A stretch of DNA of 36,069 nucleotides, from the NCBI GenBank assembly GCA_040143965.1, contig JASJQH010000059.1:1-36069 (forward strand). The letters run 5' to 3'. Each line of letters opens with the position of its first letter. Position 1 is the first letter of the stretch. Origin of the DNA: Basidiobolus ranarum (lineage: Eukaryota). The notes under the pieces are model-generated. The model did not search any database and had not been told where the DNA came from. It worked only from the letters and a program-made list of their open reading frames with translations. Positions 1 to 11,130 of this stretch are shown piece by piece. The translations under genes were made by a program, and so were the position numbers.

Positions 1-2
1 AT

Positions 3-1070
3 GATATCATGCTTCTTCCAGAGAGCCTGGGACATGCAAACCAACTACTGGAATGCATTACAAGATGGTGCTCAGATAATATCATGGAAATTAATATCGC
101 AAAGTCAGGCTTTGTTGGACCCTCTCAGGAATGGAAACTCTGCTTATATGGTGTCAACATCCCAATGCCAAGAATGTATCACTACTTGGGACTTCCCATT
201 ACCAAGCATGGGATTGATTGGCCAAGCTATATTGGAAGCTGCACAGCTAAAGCATCCTGTACTTTAAAGCTGCTACAGCTCAAAGGTTCTTGTTGGCCTC
301 CTTTAATCAGGCTTCATCTCTTTAGAACATTTATTAGATCCAGATGGGAGTATGCTGCCCCACTAATGCAGTTGACTCTGACCAGCAATCTATGGAACAA
401 AGTAGAACTTATCCAACAACAAGCACTAGGTTGGGTAGTTAATGCCTCCAAGTATCACTCCAAGCAGTACCAGAGATTAATTCAAAGCCTGACTGGAATT
501 GAATCTATACACAATAGATTTGAAACCTTGGGAATCAGATTTGGATTACATTATATCAAAGCTTCTCCTACAAATCCACTCAGAGACTTAGTAGCAGCAA
601 TTGAATGCAAGACAGTTATTGCTTGTCCAACCTCACTTGTGATAGCAAACATTCATAAGCCAGATGGATTTCAGAAGTATCTCAAAGAAAATGAAAAACA
701 TGCCCCTGGTACTCAAGTTCCTCTCTCAGCAGCTATGGCTGAGAGAAAATTACAAAACATCTCAAGAGTCTTTAGCAAAAGAGATAGAGTAGGAAAAATA
801 GCAGCAACTAGTAGACACTCACATAGCCATGCAGATGTATCTTTATATATTAACGATACATTCTTTGCCTTTCAGGCAATCCGGTGGCGAATGAATACAC
901 TGTGCATAGGATCCAGATGCCCCAGGTGTCAGCAATATTTCTACTTTAATCATGCTGAAAAGTGCTTTGGCTTCAAGGATACTGATGCCCTTTTCCAGTT
1001 CCATAGTCAAAAAGCACTAAAGTTAAGGCTGGCAGCCTTGATTTTGGCCATCAGACCTGAGTTGTTATGA
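3..1070 (+). CDS. Reverse transcriptase ORF of a non-LTR element, C-terminal part (RT domains 5-7, thumb, CCHC knuckle)
   Basis: Frame is open from the window edge: (x)AT GAT ATC ATG CTT = (D)DIML, matching the end of the YADD motif. Then W..N.MEIN.AKS, YHYLGL, L..RTFIRSRWEYA, and C-terminal RWR...CPRC-x7-H-x3-C. No internal stops. Confidence 0.9.
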   Translation, partial: DIMLLPESLGHANQLLECITRWCSDNIMEINIAKSGFVGPSQEWKLCLYGVNIPMPRMYHYLGLPITKHGIDWPSYIGSCTAKASCTLKLLQLKGSCWPPLIRLHLFRTFIRSRWEYAAPLMQLTLTSNLWNKVELIQQQALGWVVNASKYHSKQYQRLIQSLTGIESIHNRFETLGIRFGLHYIKASPTNPLRDLVAAIECKTVIACPTSLVIANIHKPDGFQKYLKENEKHAPGTQVPLSAAMAERKLQNISRVFSKRDRVGKIAATSRHSHSHADVSLYINDTFFAFQAIRWRMNTLCIGSRCPRCQQYFYFNHAEKCFGFKDTDALFQFHSQKALKLRLAALILAIRPELL

Positions 1071-1241
1071 ATATTACATTGAAGTGTAAGTTATATAAAT
1101 CTATGAATTTCCCTTTCCATATCAAGCTGTTTTCATGCTTTTGACCAAATTTCGGTACATATATCCCCACAAGATTAATAGTTCTTTCCCTATATTAAAT
1201 TTGTAAGCAGAATATGATATTCCCAATAAAGATTCTGAAAG

Positions 1242-1254
1242 CCTAACCCTAACC
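1242..1254 (+). repeat. Telomere-type repeat CCTAACCCTAACC
   Basis: Seen directly; begins 12 nt after AATAAA (1225-1230). Confidence 0.85.
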
Positions 1255-1432
1255 TTTGCCCCTTAACACTATATTTACATCCTCTAAACTTGATTACATT
1301 GGTCATCAAGTTAAGTCTGGATATGATCCAATATTGTCACAATATCTTAAAAGATTGATGTCTTGATTGTCACTTTGTTTAGATTAGTATATAAGCTAAA
1401 TAAAGTCCACACTATCTGGTGCTTTTCATCCC

Positions 1433-1448
1433 CCCTAACCCTAACCCT
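1433..1448 (+). repeat. Telomere-type repeat CCCTAACCCTAACCCT
   Basis: Seen directly; coincides with the end of the CpG-poor block. Confidence 0.9.
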
Positions 1449-1850
1449 GGGACTGATAGAACACTTGAAGCGGATAAGATCAAAGAGAGTAGAGTGGTAT
1501 AGCGCATGATGATATTGTATTCACACTGGCGTCTATTTCATTTTATAGCTTTAGGTCAGCAACAGTAGATGAAAGTGATATAGCAATATCTATGGCAAGT
1601 ATTTTTCATACCATTTACTCACGTAAACCAGCGAAATACCAGAAATTTAATGGTTTTACTGCACATCACTACTAAAACTGTAGTAAAGCATGTATACAAG
1701 AGTTTACATGCTAAAATTTCCAACCTTGCTCTAAAAATAAGCAAAAACATAGTGGATTACATTCAATATTCCAATGGCATTGGATTATCCATTGTTCCAC
1801 TAAAGCATGTGTAATAGCGCTGTCATACTCTCTGCTTTTGGACTAGTGTA

Positions 1851-1928
1851 CAACTGTATATTACTCGATGAAATCTTAGATTCGAGCATCAACTGTATAT
1901 TACTCAATGAAATCTCAAATTCAAACAT
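1851..1928. repeat. Imperfect 39-bp tandem duplication
   Basis: caactgtatattactcgatgaaatcttagattcgagcat / caactgtatattactcaatgaaatctcaaattcaaacat. Confidence 0.9.
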
Positions 1929-2576
1929 TTAAATAGTTGCTTAAAATTGATGTACTAGTGAAATATTGGTATTATAAGTTCAAGCATATATGACGAATCC
2001 ATTTGGAGAATATGAAGTAGAGATGGATTGTTCACGCCTGTCTAAATCTCTTCAAACTCTTTACCGCATCAATATATATATGTATATTTCACCTAGTTTC
2101 GTATTAATTTAAAATATCACTAGTAGCATCAAATATCGTACAATTTAGCAATCCAATAAACAGAGGATTTATCTCGAAATATTTCTTAACTTACAAGGCA
2201 TAATCACCAGTAGAGTTACCACAAGGTGAGAAACGATGGGCTTGATATAATCAGGTATATGATACAATGGTGATTTAAGTACCTTATTTGGGTGAAGAAG
2301 TAGCTCCTTTTACTAGTAATGTTTCAGAAGAACGATGATTATTTGGCTCTAATCATGTTTCAGAAGAGCAATGGACCAATACAAAGACTTCCCTAAGAAA
2401 CAAGGTAAATACCATATCATGGTAAAATTCCGTTCAGGTAACTAGTGATAGAGTACCTAACCAAACCTTGGTATGGGGATCATGACAAACTGTTACCTAG
2501 CATGGTACGAGGCTAATTCAGGCTCCTTTGTGGATCCACTCGGCTAGGATGAACCAAACGAATCCTCAATTCAACA

Positions 2577-2662
2577 TTCCAGCAATTCGTACTAGACTTT
2601 CCAGCAATTCGTACTAGACTTTCCAGCAATTCGTACTAGACTTTCCAGCAATTCGTACTAGA
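2577..2662. repeat. Perfect 22-bp minisatellite, about 4 copies
   Basis: (ttccagcaattcgtactagact) x3 plus a 20-nt partial copy, no spacers. Confidence 0.95.
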
Positions 2663-3960
2663 TGTGCTGGGTGATAATAGACTCTTTCCCAGTGCTAATC
2701 CCCTTGGAGACATCAAGTTCGGAACATTTAAATAACCAGATTTATTAGGAAATATGTGGGAAATGTACAATAGGATGATGTCATCCTAACTTTAATAGAT
2801 ATGTGTTAACCAGTTTCAGTGACATAATTCGTTCAAAGCGGGCCTGGATCACTTGTTTATCAATAACTAACGGCAGTAGCCACAATATTAAGTGGAAAAC
2901 AATGGCATTAAGACCGACTGTTGTATGCCCATAAGAATTATCAACATTATGGGTAAGAACCGTGTTTACTATGCAGCATATGATACGCATCAATATTTGA
3001 TATCACAATGAGTTAACTCCGCCTGTAACCACCATTTTTGCTTTACTTCTACAGCACTTTCCAATTAGCTTACCCACTATCAGGGTCAGCGATGTTAAGC
3101 TGACAAATCTCTAAGCACAATTGAACAGCAAAGGTCTCCGTATTTAATATTCCTCAGTATTGCCATACGACCTTCATGCGCTATCTATAGAATTAGATTT
3201 GTTTCTATATCGCATTTAACCCATACTTGGCTGTTCAACAACTCTAGCTATTGGTCAAGAAGTAGAGAGTTCTTTTCATGTCATCTTTTGAAACAATCAA
3301 TTCCTCCACACTTGGTACCTTAGCTGCCCTGATGTTAATGCTGACAGTGGTGAAATTGCAATTACTTTATCTGTCCTACTTTGTCTACGAACTGATTTTA
3401 GATCGACTAAAAAATATTTCTCAAGGCTATAATAGCTCTAGTATTCCTTTCATAATCATCAAATGCTTACAATATTGAACTTCCTGCACCAGAATCTGTA
3501 GGTAAATTATTATCTTGGCTAATTTTATCAATTGTACTTGCAGTTCTATTGATTTGTAAATCAAGAAAATAGCTCAGAACATAGTAATACAAATATGGTT
3601 CAAGACATAAAAGATATTGGAGGACAAGATCAGGGAGTAGAGTGCTGAATACATTGGAGATATTCAAAATACATGTGATAACTAGAATATGAACACGATA
3701 TATAAATATTCCACGATCCTCAACACTGTCCAACTAGAGGTCCTAAATTCTAGCATATTTGTTTCATTACTTGGAGCTACTAAATATTACGCTATGGGTT
3801 TGCACCAGTTGAGGCGTAACTTGCTACACCATGGTATCAGAATTGCTTCTTCTAAAACATCTGCTCTGAGGAGCTTCATCAGAGATGCTTGATCAGTGGA
3901 TTATTTAAACGGAAAAGAATGGAGGAAACTGACGACCAGTGGCAGAGAAGTATATTCGCC

Positions 3961-4671
3961 ATGCTGTTAAAATCTTTCCGATTTTTCTTAGCCCTTGCCA
4001 GTGGTTTAACTGCAGTATATGGTGTATATGGTCCACAACTTCCAGAGGGATGTCAGCCATTCGAAGGTGGTTATGAATGTACATCTGTCACCGATGGTAC
4101 TTAGACAACTAGCACAGCAGATTCAGGATATAGTGAGCACGATTATCAACCGGAGATTATCAACCGGAAACTCATGGGTACGGAAATCAATGTAAACTAC
4201 CTAAAAAAATCACCTTACTTTCAGACAACAATAAATACCTAGGCAGGTGCCAAGGTTGCGTTCCATATGCTGCTTACCCTAACAATGCCTTTGTACATGG
4301 AGTTGGGAATCCAAGAGAATTGAGTTACCTTCAGTGGGATGTTGTAGAGTTAGTGAATGGTAAGATTGCCCTTCGCTCAGATACTGGAATGTATTTGGGA
4401 CGATGCAATAGATGCTACAAGCGAGAGGTCTATTACGATTCAGCGGGTGTTCATGTTATGGAAAAGTATCTAGCGAATAGTCCATGGGCTCATTGGGGGC
4501 TTCCTTGTGTTGGCAGCAATCAAATTACTCTTAAAGGTGACACTGGTCATTACCTAAGTCGATGCAATAATTGTATTTCTCATGCAGCTGCTCCCGACTC
4601 TGCCTTCGTTCACACTGACAATCCAAGTGCTTCGTATGCTATTTGGAAATGAACAGATTTGAACAAATATT
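3961..4671 (+). pseudogene. Secreted beta-trefoil (fascin/actin-crosslinking-like) triple-repeat protein, probably disrupted
   Basis: Signal-peptide-like MLLKSFRFFLALASGLTAVYG from 3961. In-frame TAG at 4102 and a 14-bp duplication at 4141-4168 that shifts the frame. Three repeats of I-x-L-x-[SG]-D-x3-YL-[GS]-RC-x2-C...A-[FG]-VH...W follow from about 4206 to 4650. Confidence 0.7.
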
Positions 4672-4970
4672 GATTTAAGCGTTGATATCGAAGTTGTGTG
4701 ACACTAATAAATATACTGAATAGTTTGTACTTCATATAAATAAGCATTTGTTTGCACTCCATATATATAATCATCATTTGTGCACGATAATCCAGATAGA
4801 CAATCCAGATACATTCAATTATCCATCTTTCAGCTTACTAACTGAGGGTATATCTTGTATTAATCTGAGTTAACTAAAATCTTGCATAGTCCATCAGATA
4901 TTTTAATCCGTTGATAAGTTTATTATTTCCTGTTGATCATTACCTAATAGTACTCCCAACAAAGTGGCAA

Positions 4971-5858
4971 TTAGCAAGCCCCCAGATCTTTCCAAGCACC
5001 TCCTGCACTTGGAGTTTCATTCTGAGTCCACCAGTTTGCCTGCCAAAGATGACCATTATAAGTAACTTTCTGAGCTCCATTGTAGGCAGTGCTAGCACTC
5101 CAAGCTGAAACTCCCGCACAGGAACCAGTTCCAGGATTACTTGTAGTGGTTGGTTTGGCCGAAGTAGTAGTTGAAGAAGTGGCGGTGGATGAAGGTTTAG
5201 TGGTGGTTGTTGTGGTAGGGTCTGGTCCACTATCAGTGGCTCCAACAGTGATGATAGGGCGTTTATCAAGTAGCTCATGGCCATCACCTTGGCCAATATC
5301 CATCTCTGGAATGGTAGGATACCCAGGGAGATTAGCCACCATAAGCTTGGGACCAGTTATGGTTCCACCAGGGGTTCCACCCTTGATGGTAATATCAACA
5401 CAGTTCATGTAATACTCACGGTTCCCTTCCGCGTTGACCCATGCCCAGGCCAAAGTTGCTCTTTTACTAGGAGGAGCGGTTGCTGGTATAGGGACATCGA
5501 ATGTCAATCCGTTCTTGAAACAATTGCGAACCACAGTTTTCAGGACCACGAAAGTCTGATCATTATCATAAGAAAGGGCAAATTGACAATGACCACCATT
5601 ATGAGTGTTTCCGGGTGCGAATTGAACTGAAACACTATCACCTGCATTGTAAGTGTATTCGACGTTACCAGCCTTGTACCCTTTGCATGGGAAAACCCCC
5701 AGAGGACCATTCATGTCGTAGTCGATATCACCAATGGATTGATAGTACTTACTGAATGTAGATTTTCGAGGAGCGGGCGACTGGATTTCCATGTGGCCTG
5801 ACACGGAGTCCAATAAGCAAAGAGATGCGACAACTAGCAAGTAAGATAAACCTCTCAT
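4971..5858 (-). CDS. AA11-type lytic polysaccharide monooxygenase (chitin-active type) with Thr/Ser linker and C-terminal CBM5/12 chitin-binding module
   Basis: Signal peptide followed by N-terminal His (SVSG|HMEI); FPCKGY; HNGGHCQFALSYD; LAWAWVN..GNREYYMNC; T/S-rich linker; AW...AY....V.YNGH.WQANWWT...P...W. No introns. Confidence 0.88.
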   Translation of the reverse strand: MRGLSYLLVVASLCLLDSVSGHMEIQSPAPRKSTFSKYYQSIGDIDYDMNGPLGVFPCKGYKAGNVEYTYNAGDSVSVQFAPGNTHNGGHCQFALSYDNDQTFVVLKTVVRNCFKNGLTFDVPIPATAPPSKRATLAWAWVNAEGNREYYMNCVDITIKGGTPGGTITGPKLMVANLPGYPTIPEMDIGQGDGHELLDKRPIITVGATDSGPDPTTTTTTKPSSTATSSTTTSAKPTTTSNPGTGSCAGVSAWSASTAYNGAQKVTYNGHLWQANWWTQNETPSAGGAWKDLGAC

Positions 5859-6102
5859 ATCTGAAATAGCTCGTTGGATGATGGTTCTGATTATTCAAAT
5901 AATGATGAGATGTTTGGTTTTTATACCTAAAGTCAGCCAAAGTAGTGGCTAAAATAACTCTTAGTGATGAGCATCTTTCAACAAGAATATTCCCAGCTTA
6001 GTGAAAGTTGTCGAGAAAACAAGTAGAGAGCACCAATTGAGAATGCGAAAAAGGGATTCTAACATGGAATAAATTAACACAACATAAAATCACGCTTAGT
6101 AC

Positions 6103-6112
6103 AACCCTAACC
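6103..6112 (+). repeat. Short telomere-type motif AACCCTAACC
   Basis: Seen directly, about 245 nt upstream of the LPMO start. Confidence 0.5.
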
Positions 6113-7954
6113 AATTAGGACTTATTAAACTCTCGGCTCATACCAGACCGTAACACCCTCGATTAAAGTAAAGAGTATTACACAGTAATAATACGGGTGT
6201 ATATAATGGGTGTTTATAATGGGTATACAATATAGATATGCAATAGATCCACTCCATCAAAATTAACACCAATGGTATTACCTGACGATGTAAGTAAATT
6301 CGACACTTTAACCAAATTTATACGAGATCCGCAAAGCAGTGCAACGACTCCAGATATCAAGGAAGTCAGCCGACTGATGCTACAGGTACGGATAAAAGCA
6401 AGGATACGGGTACGGGTGTAGGTACGGACACGTTAACGGTCTATAGGTGAGGAAACAATACTAAAATACACCTTCGATTCCAGTTTTTCAGCTGGATGGT
6501 TCCTAGTTCAGCTTTTAATATGGCACTTGAGCACAATTCCCTTGCACAACCTTTAATGTAGCTCTTTTCCATGTGGGGTTCACAAAAGTGGGAAATAATA
6601 GTATGAAAGTCATGTAGGTATATCTACCTTCTTCTGAGGGCTTATTCGTGAGATAGAATGAGAACAATACAAGTCAATCTATGATGATTCAGGGCTTCTT
6701 GAACACACTCAATATTTTGTATACATCTATTGAAGCAAGCCATAGTCGAGCTAAATCTATCGGGTAACTGAGAAATCAGTGCCGAACTCAAGGACTTCTA
6801 TTGCTGTAGGATTAGGTAACTGAATATTCTCCTTTTGGCAAATGCAGTTTTATCCAAATAGCCGACATGTTTTCTAATACGTCACATGTATTCATCTAGA
6901 CACTTGACCAATAGCTGGCCAACATACTATACGAACGGTGTGAAAGATGTGAAAGGTTTATAGAACATCTTGCTGTGGAGTTTAATCGTTTAACCATAGA
7001 GTCCCTAGGTTTGGGAAGTTATTCACAAGTTGTTTCTTTTGGCATTAACTATTTCTGAATCAGATTATTACTAGTCATATACCTAATATGGACAAGAGAA
7101 CACTACCAAAGATGAGAGTTCTCATTTTCTCTTTTCATCACATATACACTCCAAATAAGTAATACACAAACGGTACTCTTCCACTCAATAAGGTAATTAC
7201 ACTAGTGGAACTTATCTCGTCTCATCTAAGGCTAGTAGACCATTAGCAAGAAAGGGCAATTTCAACAAGCAAACGAGGAAAAAGAGAACACTCAGACACA
7301 ATTGTCTAGTTTTTAGTAACTACATCAACTATTGTTATTTTGATACTATTTGAAAATGCAAACTGCTCTGGATAATTTGATGAATTTTTTGCACAATCAA
7401 TGTGAATGTGTATTCGTAGTTATTCAAGTGGCAATCCGGATATTTAATTGCCCAATTGTCTCAATTAGGATCTTCGTGATATCCATAATTGGAAGTTCAG
7501 TTTTTACCATATCGGTATGACGGCTTACCGGATCGTAACTCAGTATTGAAGCCAGAGGCACTAAGCCGCTAGCCACGTAAACAAGGATATTCTTTAAGGG
7601 AATTATGAAAGTTGCGGATTCATATTTATTCCTAGCTTTGTGAGCGGTTTAAGAATACATCGAATTACCAAAGTAGGGCTCCCCCTGACTCCTACCTCAT
7701 GGACATGTATGGTAGCTAAGAAATACCATGTATACTCAACATTTTAATCAACCAATATCAATACCTATTAAGTAAGAGTAGTGACATTTCCCTATTAGGT
7801 AGGAGTAGTAACATTTCTATTTCGAACAAATATGTTTATTTACTTGATATGTCGATGTCTGAAATACCATTTCCAGGTATTCGAAATTGCTACAAAATTG
7901 GTAAAAGATTGGAATAATATCCTTTTTTAGTGTTACGATTTGAAATAGGATATC

Positions 7955-7967
7955 AACCCTAACCCTA
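7955..7967 (+). repeat. Telomere-type motif AACCCTAACCCTA
   Basis: Seen directly, about 270 nt upstream of the urease ATG. Confidence 0.8.
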
Positions 7968-8133
7968 TCTGCGTAAAAATGGCTAATGTATTGAGATTAG
8001 ATTCCATAATGGATGTTTGGATCTAGACATTCTTGAGGTAAACATAGGATACGTATTTTCAGATTTCCAAGTCTGAGGCCTAGAAACCTCAAATTAGCGA
8101 ACGGAAGCAGTTTTTTTGGATTCTCTATTGTGG

Positions 8134-8148
8134 CCAATTTTATATAAA
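8134..8148 (+). promoter_or_regulatory. CCAAT and TATA-like core promoter of urease
   Basis: CCAAT at 8134-8138 and TATATAAA at 8141-8148, about 90 nt before the ATG, followed by a CT-rich leader. Confidence 0.5.
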
Positions 8149-8233
8149 TAATGTGAATTCCAATCAAGTAGATATCATCAACAATTTGTCACTCCCTCTT
8201 CCCACAACTCTCTCCTACTGATTCTTTTTCATC

Positions 8234-10741
8234 ATGAAACTTGTTCCCAGAGAAATGGATAAGCTTATGCTTCACCAAGTTGGTTACTTGGCTCAAATGC
8301 GTCTTGCCAGAGGTATTCAACTCAATCATAGTGAAGCCACTGCTCTTATCGCTTCCCAAGCTTTGGAATTCATGAGAGACGGCAAACACTCTGTCGCCGA
8401 GATCATGGATCTTGGTCGCCAATTGTTGGGTAGAAGACATGTCCGCCCCGCTGTTATGGCCACCCTTCACGAAGTCCAAATTGAAGGTACTTTTACCGAG
8501 GGTACTTTCTTGGTTACCATCCACAGTCCTATTTGTACTGATGACGGAAACCTTGAACTCGCTTTGTACGGTTCCTTCTTGCCTATTCCTTCTATGGATA
8601 TTTTCCCCGCTGCTGCTCCTATCGACAAACACAGTCTCCCAGGATCCCTCACTCTTCGTACTGAGAAGATTGTCCTCGTCCCTAACAGAGAGCGTGTTGC
8701 TCTTGCCGTTACTAACAATGGTGATAGACCTATCCAAGTTGGTTCCCACTACCATTTCGTTGAGACCAACAAGGAATTGTGCTTCGATCGCGGAGTTGCT
8801 TATGGTCGTCGTTTAGACATTGCTGCCGGTACCGCTGTTCGTTTCGAACCAGGAGAGTCCAAGACTGTTTCATTGGTCGATATCGGTGGTGACCAAGTCA
8901 TCACTGGTGGTAACAACATTGCCACTGGCCCCGTTGACCGCTCCAGAGTTCCTGAAATTATTGAGCGTTGTCAAAAACTTGGTTTCCAACACCGTGAACA
9001 ACCTTCCCTTCCTGCTCCCGCTCCATTCAGCTTAGATCACTCCACCTATGTTGATATGTACGGACCTACTGTTGGTGATAAAATCAGACTTGCTGATTCC
9101 GATATTTTCATCGAAATCGAGAAGGACTTCACCGTTTATGGTGATGAATGTAAATTCGGAGGTGGTAAGGTTCTCCGTGAAGGTATGGGTCAGAAAACCG
9201 CCGTTTCAGATGATGACTGCCTTGATTTGGTCATTACCAATGCCATTATCTTGGATCACACTGGTATTATGAAGGCTGATATTGGTATCAAAGATTGCAA
9301 GATCGCTGGTATTGGTAAGGCTGGTAACCCTGATGTTATGGACAACGTCACCCCTGGTATGATCGTCGGTGCCTCAACTGAAGCTTTGGCTGGTGAAGGT
9401 CATATTTTCACCGCTGGTGCCATTGATACTCACGTTCATTTCATCTGCCCTCAATTGTGCTATGAAGCCCTTTCCAGTGGTATCACTACCATGATCGGTG
9501 GTGGAACTGGTCCTAACACTGGTACCAATGCCACTACCTGTACCCCAGGACTCAACCAAATCCAAATGATGCTTCAAAGTACCGATCATATCCCTATGAA
9601 CATCGGTTTAACCGGTAAGGGTAACTGCTCTGATGCTGAAGCTCTCCGTGAACAAGTCAGAGCCGGTGCTCTTGGTCTCAAGCTCCACGAAGATTGGGGA
9701 TCCACTCCCGCTGCTATTGACAACTGCTTGAGCGTTTGCGAAGAATTCGATGTCCAAGCTACCATTCACACTGATACTTTGAACGAATCTGGTTATGTTG
9801 AAGCTTCCATTGAAGCCTTCAAGGAACGTACCATCCATACCTACCATTCTGAAGGTGCTGGTGGTGGTCACGCTCCTGATATTATTCGTGTCTGCGGAGA
9901 ACAATCTGTTCTTCCTTCCTCCACCAACCCTACTCGTCCTTACACCAACAACACCTTGGACGAGCACGTTGATATGTTGATGGTCTGCCATCATCTTGAC
10001 AAACGTATTCCTGAGGATGTTGCTTTCGCTGAATCTAGAATTCGTGCTGAAACCATTGCTGCTGAGGATGTTCTCCACGATCTTGGAGCCATCTCTGTCA
10101 TCTCTTCCGATTCCCAAGCTATGGGTCGTATTGGTGAAGTTATTTCCAGAACCTGGAAGACTGGTAGCAAGATGAAGGTCCAACGTGGTCACTTGGCCGA
10201 TCCTGAACTCAAGGTTCAACCTGATAACGACAATTTCCGTGCCAAGCGTTATGTTTCCAAATACACCATCAACCCTGCCATTGCTCATGGTTGCTCTCAC
10301 ATCATTGGTTCCATTGAAGTCGGTAAGTACGCTGATCTTGTCATGTACAGCCCCGCTTTCTTCGGTACCAAGCCCGAACTTGTTCTCAAGGGTGGTATGG
10401 TCGCCTGGGCCAACATGGGTGATGCCAACGCCTCTATCCCTACTACCGAGCCTGTCATCGGTCGTGAGATGTTCGGTGGCCTCGGTGCTGGTGTTCGTGC
10501 TCTCGCTCTTGTCAGTCAAGACTCCATTGAATCTGGTTTGATCAAGAAGTACAACCTCAAGAAGCAAGCCGAGCCTGTTAAGAAGTGCCGTAACATCAAG
10601 AAGTCCGATATGAAGTTCAACGGTGTTACCCCTGAAATCAAGGTCGATCCTGAAACTTATGAAGTTTACGCTGATGGTGTTCTCATGAGTTGCCCTCCCG
10701 CTACTGAGTTGCCCATGGCTCAAAACTATTTCATCTTCTAA
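8234..10741 (+). CDS. URE1: Urease, single-chain eukaryotic gamma-beta-alpha fusion, 835 aa, no introns
   Basis: [11 protein letters not shown] (gamma); [13 protein letters not shown] (beta); Ni-site motifs [28 protein letters not shown], flap [14 protein letters not shown]. Confidence 0.98.
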   Translation: MKLVPREMDKLMLHQVGYLAQMRLARGIQLNHSEATALIASQALEFMRDGKHSVAEIMDLGRQLLGRRHVRPAVMATLHEVQIEGTFTEGTFLVTIHSPICTDDGNLELALYGSFLPIPSMDIFPAAAPIDKHSLPGSLTLRTEKIVLVPNRERVALAVTNNGDRPIQVGSHYHFVETNKELCFDRGVAYGRRLDIAAGTAVRFEPGESKTVSLVDIGGDQVITGGNNIATGPVDRSRVPEIIERCQKLGFQHREQPSLPAPAPFSLDHSTYVDMYGPTVGDKIRLADSDIFIEIEKDFTVYGDECKFGGGKVLREGMGQKTAVSDDDCLDLVITNAIILDHTGIMKADIGIKDCKIAGIGKAGNPDVMDNVTPGMIVGASTEALAGEGHIFTAGAIDTHVHFICPQLCYEALSSGITTMIGGGTGPNTGTNATTCTPGLNQIQMMLQSTDHIPMNIGLTGKGNCSDAEALREQVRAGALGLKLHEDWGSTPAAIDNCLSVCEEFDVQATIHTDTLNESGYVEASIEAFKERTIHTYHSEGAGGGHAPDIIRVCGEQSVLPSSTNPTRPYTNNTLDEHVDMLMVCHHLDKRIPEDVAFAESRIRAETIAAEDVLHDLGAISVISSDSQAMGRIGEVISRTWKTGSKMKVQRGHLADPELKVQPDNDNFRAKRYVSKYTINPAIAHGCSHIIGSIEVGKYADLVMYSPAFFGTKPELVLKGGMVAWANMGDANASIPTTEPVIGREMFGGLGAGVRALALVSQDSIESGLIKKYNLKKQAEPVKKCRNIKKSDMKFNGVTPEIKVDPETYEVYADGVLMSCPPATELPMAQNYFIF

Positions 10742-11130
10742 ATAAGTTTTTGAAACTGAAGTGTAAATTTCAATATATAGAGGTTTTTAACACGTTAGAT
10801 GTTTACTTGAATTCCTTGAAGTCAAATAAAGATGTTATTAACACAATGGATAATAATTGAAATATTAACGTAATATACAACACTAGTTACATTACTAATC
10901 ATATGGCAGTTAGCGTGGGATAGTAAATAAGATTATTTGTATTAGTAACAACACATGATGATTTACAATCTAATACTATAGATGCAGCACGTAGTTCGTG
11001 TTATATTGTAGTACGTGTTATTATTGGCTATTTGGATGTGTCACAAGTGTATCATCTAGTCAGTATAAGAGCTTAGCCATTGAACATGTTGTTATTACAA
11101 ATTTCCACTCTACTTCGCTATACAATCAAT

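Larger units (their letters stand above)
1..1448 (+). mobile_element. Non-LTR retrotransposon (LINE-like), 3' part; 5' end lies outside the window; 3' boundary inferred
   Basis: RT/CCHC ORF ends at 1070. It is followed by an AT-rich 3' region with AATAAA at 1225 and 1399, each followed by a CCCTAA tract (1242-1254, 1433-1448). CpG depletion runs from 1 to about 1470 and then stops. Confidence 0.75.

Noticed and set aside
2577-2662. 22-bp repeats as a CRISPR array
   Set aside because: Head-to-tail copies with no spacers, no cas genes, eukaryotic context
2781-3892. Short ORFs of 66-88 aa (also 13965-14590, 16424-16663, 26811-27095)
   Set aside because: No motifs or codon bias, several with non-ATG starts; consistent with random ORFs in AT-rich DNA
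6190-6432. tataatgggt and ggtacgg short repeats as a MITE or transposon end
   Set aside because: No terminal inverted repeats or target-site duplication could be found by eye
9608-10723. 371-aa antisense ORF (also 8189-8755) as an overlapping gene
   Set aside because: Mirror of urease; explained by codon bias that avoids TTA/CTA/TCA, with no recognisable motifs
8234-10741. Urease as a bacterial horizontal transfer
   Set aside because: Single-chain gamma-beta-alpha fusion of about 835 aa is the fungal/plant form
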